Below, in pieces: positions 56,449-64,000 of a stretch of 64,000 bases of DNA; within the stretch, counting starts at the first letter, position 1, and every line of letters starts with the position of its first letter. A program made the translations under genes and the position numbers. The notes beneath the pieces were generated by a model. The model saw only the letters and a program-made list of their open reading frames with translations. It did not search any database and was not told where the DNA came from. Source of the DNA: Candidatus Binatia bacterium (lineage in GTDB: Bacteria > Desulfobacterota > Binatia > Bin18); assembly GCA_965231765.1 (NCBI GenBank), contig OZ246887.1, forward strand, positions 3,980,538 through 4,044,537. Direction: 5' to 3'.

Positions 56449-57684
56449 ATGAAGTATGTCGTTCTGCAAGGTGATGGCATGGCCGATTGGCCGGTTCCCG
56501 AGCTGGGCAATAAAACCCCGCTTGAGTATGCTCGGACACCGAATATGGATCGGATTGCGTCGTATGGAACGCTTGGCTTGACGCATACGATTCCGCCAGG
56601 TTATCCACCTGGCAGTGATGTTGGCACGATGAGCTTGCTGGGTTTTGATCCGCGGGCTTATCATACGGGCCGCTCGCCGATTGAAGCGGCGAGTATGGGA
56701 GTTGAGCTGGGGCCGGATGACATTGCCTTTCGCTGCAATTTGGTCACGCTCGGGCCAGACGCGGCTGGGACCGAGCTCATGCAGGACTTCACTGCTGGTC
56801 ATATTTCCAATGAAGAAGCGGCCGAACTGATGAGCGCGGTCAATGCTGAACTGGGTGGAGCTGAGCTGAGCTTTTATCCCGGGGTGAGCTATCGACACCT
56901 ACTGGTCTGGCATAATGGCAAAGAACATATGCAAACCACCCCACCTCACGATATCACCGACAAACCGACTGCCGGATATTTTCCCGTTGGCGAGGGTGGA
57001 GCTGAGCTCTGCGCCTTGATGGAGCGCTCACGTGACATTTTTGCCACACATCCAGTGAACCTGCGCCGTCAGGAAAAGGGTCAGAACCCGGCCTCTGCTA
57101 TTTGGCTATGGGGACAGGGCCGGCGTCCTGCCGTGCCGACTCTGCAGGAACAGTTTGGGCTTGAAGGAGCGGTGATCTCAGCCGTCGATTTGGTCCGAGG
57201 GATAGGGGTGCTGGCGGGTCTCGAAGTGATTCTTGTGCCTGGCGCAACCGGCTTTCTTGATACTAATTATTTGGGGAAAGCGGAGTATGCGCTGGCGGCG
57301 CTCAAAGACAAGGACTTTTTGTTCGTCCATGTTGAGGCCACAGACGAGGCCGGCCACATGGGCGCGGCGGACAAGAAAGTCCAAGCCCTGGAAGATTTTG
57401 ACGAGAAAGTCGTCGGCACTATTTTGAACGGACTCGGGGCATTTCCTGAATGGCGGGTGTTGCTGATGCCTGATCATGCCACACCAGTCGAGATTAAGAC
57501 TCACTCTGACGACCCAGTGCCTTTTGCTGTTGTATCGTCGTATGAGTGGACAAGCGGGACTCCGCAGCCTGTTCGCTACAATGAGTCCAGTGCTCACGAG
57601 ACCGGGATCGTTGTCCCAGAAGCCTATCAGATCATGTCACAATTTATTCAGGGCCAAGCTGTTGGGCAGGCTAGACGTTCCTAA
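56449..57684 (+). CDS. Archaeal-type cofactor-independent phosphoglycerate mutase-like protein (ApgM family); candidate non-orthologous homoserine kinase
   Basis: MKYVVLQGDGMADWPVPELGNKTPLEYARTPNMDRIA...ATDEAGHMG. Typical ApgM metal-site motifs. Immediately after hom-thrC. Confidence 0.7.
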   Translation: MKYVVLQGDGMADWPVPELGNKTPLEYARTPNMDRIASYGTLGLTHTIPPGYPPGSDVGTMSLLGFDPRAYHTGRSPIEAASMGVELGPDDIAFRCNLVTLGPDAAGTELMQDFTAGHISNEEAAELMSAVNAELGGAELSFYPGVSYRHLLVWHNGKEHMQTTPPHDITDKPTAGYFPVGEGGAELCALMERSRDIFATHPVNLRRQEKGQNPASAIWLWGQGRRPAVPTLQEQFGLEGAVISAVDLVRGIGVLAGLEVILVPGATGFLDTNYLGKAEYALAALKDKDFLFVHVEATDEAGHMGAADKKVQALEDFDEKVVGTILNGLGAFPEWRVLLMPDHATPVEIKTHSDDPVPFAVVSSYEWTSGTPQPVRYNESSAHETGIVVPEAYQIMSQFIQGQAVGQARRS

Positions 57685-57708
57685 CCCAGGCACAGGAGCA
57701 ATGCACCT

Positions 57709-58665
57709 ATGGAGAGCAATTTAGCCCTCGAAATGGTACGGGTGACAGAAGCTGCGGCGCTGGCGTCTGCTCGGCTGATGGGCCGAGGCGACGAGACCGA
57801 AGCTGATTATGCGGCGGCTGAGGCCATGCACAAGTTGTTTGCTGCTATCGATTGTGGCGGCAAGATTGTCATTGGTGAGGGCGACGAAGAGTCTATTCCG
57901 TTGCTGTATGTTGGTGAGCAGTTGGGCAATGGGAACGGACCAAGTATTGAACTCGCCGTTGATGCTCTGGAAGGCGCAACCTCGTGTGCGACCGGCTCGC
58001 CCAACGTGATCTCTGTTATTGCCACGGCCGAACCCGGTGGCTTCCTGTCCTGTCCACCGAACTGTCAAATGGAGAAAATCGCTGTTGGGCCAGCCGGCAA
58101 AGGGGCGATCGATTTGGACAAGTCGGTTGAAGAAAACCTGCGTGCTGTGGCTGAAGCCAAAGGCGTGCCTGTCCAGAACCTCACCGTTGTTGTTCTGGAT
58201 CGTCCCCGCCACGATGCTTTGATCGGTGAACTGCGCGAGATTGGGGCACGGGTCAAACTGATTGGTGATGGTGACCTGTCGGCTGCTCTGGGAACGACTC
58301 ATGAACCGGCGGGGATTGATCTACTGATGGGGACTGGCGGGGCAGCCCAAGGCATTCTTGCCGCCGCCGCACTGCGCTGTATCGGTGGGGAAATACAGGG
58401 CCGGTTTTGTCCCAGCAATCAAGATGAGGCGAACCAGCTGCACAAGCTGGACATCTATGACTTTCGCAAGAAGTACACCACCGAAGAGATGGCCGGTGGT
58501 AACGTCATGTTTGCTGCAACTGGCGTGACAACGGGCAGCTATCTCAGAGGCGTGCGTTTTTATAGCGGCGGGGCGATGACAAACTCAGTCGTTCTGCGCT
58601 CCAAGACACGTACGTTGCGCCTGTTAGAAACGTTCCACCATTTTGAGGAACACCCGGAGTATTAA
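57709..58665 (+). CDS. glpX: Class II fructose-1,6-bisphosphatase / sedoheptulose bisphosphatase (GlpX)
   Basis: LEMVRVTEAAALASARLMGRGDE...IVIGEGDEE...GATSC...LMGTGGAAQG. GlpX family. Confidence 0.85.
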   Translation: MESNLALEMVRVTEAAALASARLMGRGDETEADYAAAEAMHKLFAAIDCGGKIVIGEGDEESIPLLYVGEQLGNGNGPSIELAVDALEGATSCATGSPNVISVIATAEPGGFLSCPPNCQMEKIAVGPAGKGAIDLDKSVEENLRAVAEAKGVPVQNLTVVVLDRPRHDALIGELREIGARVKLIGDGDLSAALGTTHEPAGIDLLMGTGGAAQGILAAAALRCIGGEIQGRFCPSNQDEANQLHKLDIYDFRKKYTTEEMAGGNVMFAATGVTTGSYLRGVRFYSGGAMTNSVVLRSKTRTLRLLETFHHFEEHPEY

Positions 58666-58666
58666 T

Positions 58667-59449
58667 ATGGCCTATGAAAACATTCTGTTTGAAAAATATG
58701 GAGCAGCAGGGATTCTGACCGTGAATCGTCCCAAAAGCCTGAACTCGCTGAATCCGGCAACCGTGGGCGAAATTGCGGCGTGCCTCGAAGAGGTCCGCCA
58801 AGACACCTCCATTCGATGCTTGATTATTACTGGTGCCGGCGACCGTGCGTTTGTGGCTGGGGCTGATATTTCTGCCATGGTCGAGATGACTCCGCTAGAG
58901 GGAAAAGCGTTTGCGACCAGTGGTCTGAATGTTGGCCGTACCTTGGAAGAATTGCCGATTCCAGTTATTGCCGCGGTGAACGGCTTCGCACTAGGTGGCG
59001 GGACTGAGCTGGCGCTGTCGTGTGACCTTATTCTTGCCGCGGACAAAGCAAAATTTGGCCAGCCTGAGATTAATCTTGGTGTTATCCCTGGCTTTGGCGG
59101 CACCCAGCGCTTAGCTCGTCGAATTGGGCTGCCGCTGGCTCGTGAGCTGATCTACACTGGAGAGATGATTGACGCGGAAACAGCCGTCCGGTACGGCTTA
59201 GCAAACCGGGTCGTGCCCTTGGCCGATTTAATGACCGAAGCCAAAGCCTTGGCCGAAAAACTCGCCTCCAAGCCACCTGTGGCGATGAGACAGGCCAAAT
59301 CCGCGATTAACTCTGGCATTGATATGGACATCGCCAACGGTAGCCGTTTTGAGGCTGAGGCATTTGCTATGACGTTTGCGACTGAGGACAAAAAAGAAGG
59401 TATGTCGGCGTTTTTGGAGAAGCGCGAGGCGAAATTTACCGGGAAGTAA
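58667..59449 (+). CDS. Enoyl-CoA hydratase/isomerase (crotonase family)
   Basis: ATG 58667 (overlaps glpX stop). GAGDRAFVAGADI, AAVNGFALGGGTELALSCD crotonase motifs. Confidence 0.8.
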   Translation: MAYENILFEKYGAAGILTVNRPKSLNSLNPATVGEIAACLEEVRQDTSIRCLIITGAGDRAFVAGADISAMVEMTPLEGKAFATSGLNVGRTLEELPIPVIAAVNGFALGGGTELALSCDLILAADKAKFGQPEINLGVIPGFGGTQRLARRIGLPLARELIYTGEMIDAETAVRYGLANRVVPLADLMTEAKALAEKLASKPPVAMRQAKSAINSGIDMDIANGSRFEAEAFAMTFATEDKKEGMSAFLEKREAKFTGK

Positions 59450-59564
59450 AAGGAGTTCCCCTTCTGGGATATGATCAGGTATATATCCTGATCTTACCCG
59501 AATATTGCTTCCCTCACAGCGGCCAGCTCTGCCTGACCTGCTGAGCATTGTTTGTTAAGGAGAA

Positions 59565-61205
59565 ATGATGAATAAACAGGAATGGCTGGCCCAGAAGTAT
59601 CCCACGCAGCGCGAACGGCTGGAACGCTTTTCGACCATCTCTGATATGGAGGTCTCTCCGCTGTACACCCCGGACGACGAGAATGGGACGGACTATGAGC
59701 GGGATATTGGCATGCCAGGCGAATATCCTTATACCCGCGGAGTATATCCCAATATGTACCGTGGCAAGTTCTGGACCATGCGCCAGTTTGCTGGTTTTGG
59801 TACGCCTGAGGATACGAACCAACGTTTCAAGTTACTCTTGTCTGAAGGCCAAAATGGGCTCTCGACTGCCTTTGATATGCCCGTTCTGATGGGCTACGAC
59901 GCAGACAGTCCACGCTCGCTTGGAGAAGTTGGACGCGAAGGAGTATCCGTCTCGACCCTGAACGACATGGAGCGGCTGTTTGACGGTATTCCGCTCGATC
60001 AAGTCACGACCTCAATGACCGTCAACTGCACGGCGAGTATTATCCTGGCGATGTATATTGCGGTGGCTGACAAGCAGGGGATTCCACGTGATCAACTGGG
60101 CGGAACCATCCAGAACGATATGCTCAAAGAGTATATCGCTCAGAAGGAGTGGATTTGTCCGCCTGAGCCTGCGGTGCGGATTGTGGCCGATATGATAGAA
60201 TTCTGTGCCAAAGACGCCCCGCGTTGGCACGCTGTCTCGATCTCCGGCTACCACATTCGAGAAGCGGGTGCGACGGCTGTGCAAGAGTTAGCCTTCACAC
60301 TGGCCGATGGCATTGGCTACGTGCAGGCAGCCTTAGAACGTGGCCTTGACGTTGATGACTTTGCTCCCCGACTCTCGTTCTTCTTTGACATCCATAATGA
60401 CTTCTTTGAAGAAATCGCCAAGCTGCGCGCCGCCCGGCGTATGTGGGCCAAGATTATGAAGGAGCGCTTTGGGGCCAAGAATCCTAAATCTTTGCTGCTA
60501 CGGACGCATTGTCAAACGGCCGGAGTGAGCCTCACCGCTCAGCAGCCAACAAATAATGTTGTCCGCGTTGCGGTCCAAGCCTTGGCCGGTGTTCTGGGCG
60601 GAACCCAGTCACTGCACACAAATTCGATGGACGAGACCTTAGCCTTACCGACTGAGCAATCGGTGATGGTTGCCTTGCGGACGCAGCAAATCATTGCTGA
60701 AGAAAGTGGGGTGACAAACATGATTGATCCGCTGGGAGGCAGCTGGGCAGTCGAGGCACTGACCGATCGCATGGAAAAAGACGCGTTTGCCTATATCGAT
60801 CGTATTGATGAACAGGGTGGGATCATCCGAGCGATTAATACCGGCTATCCACAAAAAGAGATTGCTGACTCCGCCTACCGCTTCCAGCAGCAGCTTGATG
60901 CCAAAGAGAAGATCATTGTTGGGGTGAATAAGTATCAGGTCGCGCCCGAAGAGCGCCCTTTAGAGCTGCTCAAAATTGAACCCGAAGTAGAACGCGGCCA
61001 GATCGAGCAGGTCAAAAAGATTAAAAAAGAACGTGACCAAGCCGCCGTCAAAGAACACCTGGGTCGGGTACATGCCGCTGCCCGGAACGGCACGAACCTG
61101 ATGCCGCCGCTGATTGAGGCGGTCAAAGAGTACTGTACTCTGGGCGAAATATCGGACATCTATCGAGAGGTTTTTGGGGTCTACCGCGACCCGGCGTGGT
61201 TGTAA
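59565..61205 (+). CDS. Methylmalonyl-CoA mutase-family catalytic (large, TIM-barrel) subunit, B12-domain-less
   Basis: [37 protein letters not shown]...[10 protein letters not shown]...[12 protein letters not shown]. Canonical MCM N-domain. No C-terminal B12 domain. Confidence 0.85.
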   Translation: MMNKQEWLAQKYPTQRERLERFSTISDMEVSPLYTPDDENGTDYERDIGMPGEYPYTRGVYPNMYRGKFWTMRQFAGFGTPEDTNQRFKLLLSEGQNGLSTAFDMPVLMGYDADSPRSLGEVGREGVSVSTLNDMERLFDGIPLDQVTTSMTVNCTASIILAMYIAVADKQGIPRDQLGGTIQNDMLKEYIAQKEWICPPEPAVRIVADMIEFCAKDAPRWHAVSISGYHIREAGATAVQELAFTLADGIGYVQAALERGLDVDDFAPRLSFFFDIHNDFFEEIAKLRAARRMWAKIMKERFGAKNPKSLLLRTHCQTAGVSLTAQQPTNNVVRVAVQALAGVLGGTQSLHTNSMDETLALPTEQSVMVALRTQQIIAEESGVTNMIDPLGGSWAVEALTDRMEKDAFAYIDRIDEQGGIIRAINTGYPQKEIADSAYRFQQQLDAKEKIIVGVNKYQVAPEERPLELLKIEPEVERGQIEQVKKIKKERDQAAVKEHLGRVHAAARNGTNLMPPLIEAVKEYCTLGEISDIYREVFGVYRDPAWL

Positions 61206-61242
61206 TGAAGAGCTATTATACTGCGTGCGGGATGAGATGAGA

Positions 61243-61272
61243 CTTTAGAGAGTCCTAAAGATATTGTTTTTT
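61243..61272 (+). terminator. Weak AT-rich hairpin plus T-run (ctttag-agagtc-ctaaag-atattgtttttt)
   Basis: 6-bp stem followed by 6 consecutive Ts, 38 nt after the mutase stop. Lies in the lower-GC inserted segment. Confidence 0.3.
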
Positions 61273-61348
61273 AAGGCATAAACGTAGGTAAAAGTCTCAC
61301 TTTAAGCCGCGCGGAGTATAGCTGTTCTCTCTGACAAATGGAGCTTCA

Positions 61349-62341
61349 TTGAACTTGAAAACACGCGCACCACGGAATCGGACACTGACTTGCAGCGCTG
61401 ATGAGCGTGCTTCGTTTGAAAGTCGGCTCGTGTGCCTGAATGCGCCTTCTGACATCGCGTCGTTGGAAAACCGAACAATCAACCAAGACTTTTTCTCTGC
61501 GATCGCGCTTTTGCCACGCAGTTTTGTGGATCTACTCATACTCGATCCGCCGTACAATTTGTCTAAGGATTACAACGGGAAACGCTTTTCCGAAAAGGAC
61601 GCCAACTCTTATCGGGAGTGGTTTCGTAAAGTGTTGGAACTGATTGTTCCAACTCTGACCGCTACCGCAAGCATTTACGTGTGCTCGGATTGGAAAACAT
61701 CGATTCTGATCGCCCCAGTGCTCGAAGAGTTGTTTCAAATTCAAAATCGTATCACGTGGGAGCGCGAGAAGGGACGTGGCGCAAAGTCAAACTGGAAAAA
61801 CAACACCGAGGATATTTGGTTCTGCACACGATCAAAAGAGTATGCCTTCGACGTCGATGCTGTTAAACTCAAGCGAAGAGTGATTGCGCCGTACCGAGAT
61901 GCTGAAGGTGCTCCAAAGGACTGGCAGGAAGAAGACGAGGGCAATTTCCGATTAACCTATCCTTCTAATATTTGGAGTGACATTACAATTCCTTTCTGGT
62001 CGATGCCAGAAAACACCGATCATCCTACGCAAAAGCCCGAAAAGCTGATTGCGAAGCTTGTTTTAGCAAGTTCTTTGCCTGACGATTTTGTCCTTGATCC
62101 GTTTCTTGGTAGTGGAACAACGTCGGTTGTTTGCAAAAAACTTGGGAGGCGGTTCCTAGGAATTGAACAAGATCTTGAATATTGTTGTTGGGCGGAGAAA
62201 CGACTGCAGTTAGCCGATTGGGAGAAATCCATTCAAGGCTATTCTGATAGTGTTTTCTGGGAGCGAAACAGTTTGAGTGATCAGAAACCAGAAAAGAAAT
62301 CGTCGGTCGGCTCGCAGACGTTGAGCCTCTTCGATGAGTAA
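61349..62341 (+). CDS. Beta-class DNA methyltransferase (N6-adenine or N4-cytosine; DPPY motif IV precedes motif I)
   Basis: DLLILDPPYNL then later DFVLDPFLGSGTTSVV (FxGxG). ParB-less beta-class layout. Local GC about 45-50%. Confidence 0.8.
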   Translation: MNLKTRAPRNRTLTCSADERASFESRLVCLNAPSDIASLENRTINQDFFSAIALLPRSFVDLLILDPPYNLSKDYNGKRFSEKDANSYREWFRKVLELIVPTLTATASIYVCSDWKTSILIAPVLEELFQIQNRITWEREKGRGAKSNWKNNTEDIWFCTRSKEYAFDVDAVKLKRRVIAPYRDAEGAPKDWQEEDEGNFRLTYPSNIWSDITIPFWSMPENTDHPTQKPEKLIAKLVLASSLPDDFVLDPFLGSGTTSVVCKKLGRRFLGIEQDLEYCCWAEKRLQLADWEKSIQGYSDSVFWERNSLSDQKPEKKSSVGSQTLSLFDE

Positions 62342-63491
62342 TTCCCTCGATCTGCTGGTATTGTTCGTTCAGCGACACAACGGCATCAACGACAAACGTC
62401 GCCTCTGTGAACTCGTTGTGTCAGAGTTTCATCTCACGCGGGATCGGTCTGTTTACTATTGCCCGGAATTCGCGGTACGGTTCAGTTCTGCCGCATCTTT
62501 AAGTTTTTCGAACACCGTGTTGTCACTTTCGAATCTTCGGAAGATCGACGATCGACCATTCTTAGTATGCGTCACGACACCTTCGGAGAATCACTTACTC
62601 CTTGCGAACTCCACTCTCCTTCGAAAGATCAGCCATAGTTCGCAAGCATTTCGTGAAAATAACATTCGCGGTTCATTCAATGGTTCTGACATCGTACGCG
62701 ACTTAGAAGGCATCGAGAATGTGCCTTCCAACTTTGCTCGATTGTTCGACATTCACACGGAAATTGGTTTTGACGGCAACCTCGCACGGTTGGTCGAAGC
62801 CACGAACAATATTTCTCCTTCCGGAATCAAGTTTCTCGTCACAGATGCTGCATCAAAGCAAATCTTGGACGCCCCCGATCGCGCCAAGGCGTTCGTTGCG
62901 TCGAACGACGCTCGGCAACTCAAGGCCGAACTTGATACAAGGGTGGCACAGTACAAAAATGAAATACTCCTTGCGGCGCTGATTGAGAACGTAAACGTAC
63001 GTGGGCGCGTAATCGAATACCTTGTGGCTGGTCAAGATGAACGACTTCGGAAATCGCTTATTGCGGCCCTACGAGACAATTCCCATGGACTTCCACCATT
63101 CAAGACAGCGAATTCGCTCGGGGACTATACACGTATCTTCGACGCTTTTCACACCGAGACAGACGTGAAAACGAAGATCATGATTCTGAATTCAAATCCG
63201 AAAGCCTATAACCTCGACAAGATGCTTGAGTTTCTTTCCAAAGAACGTTCAGTATTCATGTTTTACTTCGTTGGTGTTGACCCGGGTAAAGTGGTAGACA
63301 CTGTTCTCGTTTCGATGTTTCAAAAGATTCTTCTTGCAGGGACGATTACTTTGAAACACTGGGCAGGCCGCAATTCGAGGGGTGTCACTCAATTCGAAGG
63401 CGGGGCTGTAGGGAAGTTGATTCAAAATTCGAATTCTGAAATCGACGTCGACAATGCACTGGCGTTCTTGCGTCGAATCATCGCCCTCTGA
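62334..63491 (+). CDS. Putative type II restriction endonuclease partner (385 aa, no recognisable family)
   Basis: Start overlaps methyltransferase stop by 8 nt (ATGAGTAA), same strand, low GC. No nuclease motif confidently identified (possible D...QxK at PGKVVDTVLVSMFQK). Confidence 0.45.
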   Translation: MSNSLDLLVLFVQRHNGINDKRRLCELVVSEFHLTRDRSVYYCPEFAVRFSSAASLSFSNTVLSLSNLRKIDDRPFLVCVTTPSENHLLLANSTLLRKISHSSQAFRENNIRGSFNGSDIVRDLEGIENVPSNFARLFDIHTEIGFDGNLARLVEATNNISPSGIKFLVTDAASKQILDAPDRAKAFVASNDARQLKAELDTRVAQYKNEILLAALIENVNVRGRVIEYLVAGQDERLRKSLIAALRDNSHGLPPFKTANSLGDYTRIFDAFHTETDVKTKIMILNSNPKAYNLDKMLEFLSKERSVFMFYFVGVDPGKVVDTVLVSMFQKILLAGTITLKHWAGRNSRGVTQFEGGAVGKLIQNSNSEIDVDNALAFLRRIIAL

Positions 63492-63671
63492 ACGAAAAAG
63501 GGTGAACAAAGCGTTGTGCACGGAGCTGCGGAGTCGGGCGGTTTGATCATTGAGAATCGTTCGTCGCGGCCCGGTGAACGCGATCGTTAGCTTCTAGATA
63601 TGGAGGCCATTGATTTTCATTCAGCTGCTCGCTAATTGCTAACAGTGAACAGCTTATTCTGGAGGATTGTT

Positions 63672-64000
63672 GTGTCAGAAGAGAAAGTTTTACGTATTCT
63701 CGTCGCAAAGGCTGGCTTGGACGGTCACGATCGAGGGGCCAAAATTATTGCCAGAGCGCTACGCGATGCAGGTTTTGAGGTGATTTATACTGGGCTGCAC
63801 CAGACTCCGGACATGATTGCCGAGGCAGCGATCCAAGAGGACGTGGATGCGATTGGGCTGAGTATTCTGTCTGGAGCGCACATGACGCTTTTTCCGGCGG
63901 TGATGGACGCACTCAAAGAGCGTGAGGCTGAAGACGTTGCCGTGTTTGGCGGTGGAATTGTGCCAGCAGATGATCTTCAAGCGCTCAAAAAATCTGGAGT
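63672..64000 (+). CDS. Methylmalonyl-CoA mutase B12-binding (small) subunit, 5' part (3' end outside window)
   Basis: GTG 63672 after [52 protein letters not shown]...[12 protein letters not shown] = cobalamin-binding DxHxxG domain. Not in ORF track because truncated or non-ATG. Confidence 0.8.
   Translation, partial: MSEEKVLRILVAKAGLDGHDRGAKIIARALRDAGFEVIYTGLHQTPDMIAEAAIQEDVDAIGLSILSGAHMTLFPAVMDALKEREAEDVAVFGGGIVPADDLQALKKSG

Overview
This 64 kb window comes from a bacterial chromosome with moderately high GC (about 50-57% by eye). Coding density is high and a complete Mla/MlaA module points to a diderm. No CRISPR array, integrase or transposase was seen. Most of the window is core metabolism and envelope genes, listed in order below.

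- **1-5.3 kb:** an FtsX-type permease (5' truncated), an AttH/CrtC-like protein, two SDR/YfcH epimerase-like genes and a secreted repeat-domain protein.
- **5.5-6.2 kb:** a 110-bp relic copy of the yfcH 3' end and a DUF4149-like (tentative) membrane protein.
- **6.2-7 kb:** a glycerophosphodiester phosphodiesterase.
- **7-10.7 kb, minus strand:** a complete mlaE-mlaF-mlaD-mlaA-mlaC operon.
- **11-15.8 kb:** a DHH phosphoesterase, acs, cysS and tRNA-Arg(TCG).
- **15.9-21.9 kb:** an envelope glycosylation cluster. It holds an alkaline-phosphatase-superfamily protein, a flippase-like LPG-synthase-TM protein, a GT-C membrane glycosyltransferase, a DPM1-like GT2 and a TIGR04283-like GT2.
- **22-24.2 kb:** an fbp-fba pair (class I FBPase plus archaeal-type class I aldolase).
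- **24.3-27.7 kb:** a 1125-aa zinc-ribbon / adenylate cyclase / STAND-ATPase / TPR protein.
- **27.9-35.3 kb:** an LLM oxidoreductase, two alpha/beta hydrolases, a class III aminotransferase, an aldo/keto reductase and a dGTPase.
- **35.6-37.2 kb:** a small acidic lipoprotein and an MFS transporter.
- **37.35-46.35 kb:** a roughly 9 kb segment with clearly elevated GC (about 62-73%). It carries a decayed HTH antitoxin-like gene and a SAM methyltransferase interrupted by an in-frame TGA followed by a SECIS-like hairpin. It also carries a cadherin-like/PPC protein with a 459-bp tandem intragenic duplication of a novel domain, a hicA-hicB pair, a lipoprotein, an HTH-TM coiled-coil protein and a CAP-domain protein.
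- **46.4-49.1 kb:** a DUF385 deazaflavin-type oxidoreductase, an SCP-x-type thiolase, a Zn-ribbon mini-protein and a MaoC dehydratase.
- **49.1-52 kb:** a tandem pair of small-GTPase proteins that together rebuild a split YcjF/DUF697 membrane protein.
- **52.5-61.2 kb:** an aminotransferase, hom, thrC, an archaeal-type iPGM-like gene, glpX, an enoyl-CoA hydratase and the methylmalonyl-CoA mutase catalytic subunit.
- **61.3-63.5 kb:** a lower-GC type II R-M-like cassette (beta-class DPPY methyltransferase plus a 385-aa partner). It sits between the mutase catalytic gene and its B12-binding subunit gene, which is 3' truncated at the window end.

The findings I rate highest are the TGA-interrupted methyltransferase, the split YcjF-like GTPase pair, the high-GC island with its novel repeat domain, and the R-M cassette splitting the mutase genes. 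All calls rest on reading the sequence and ORF track by eye. No database searches were run.
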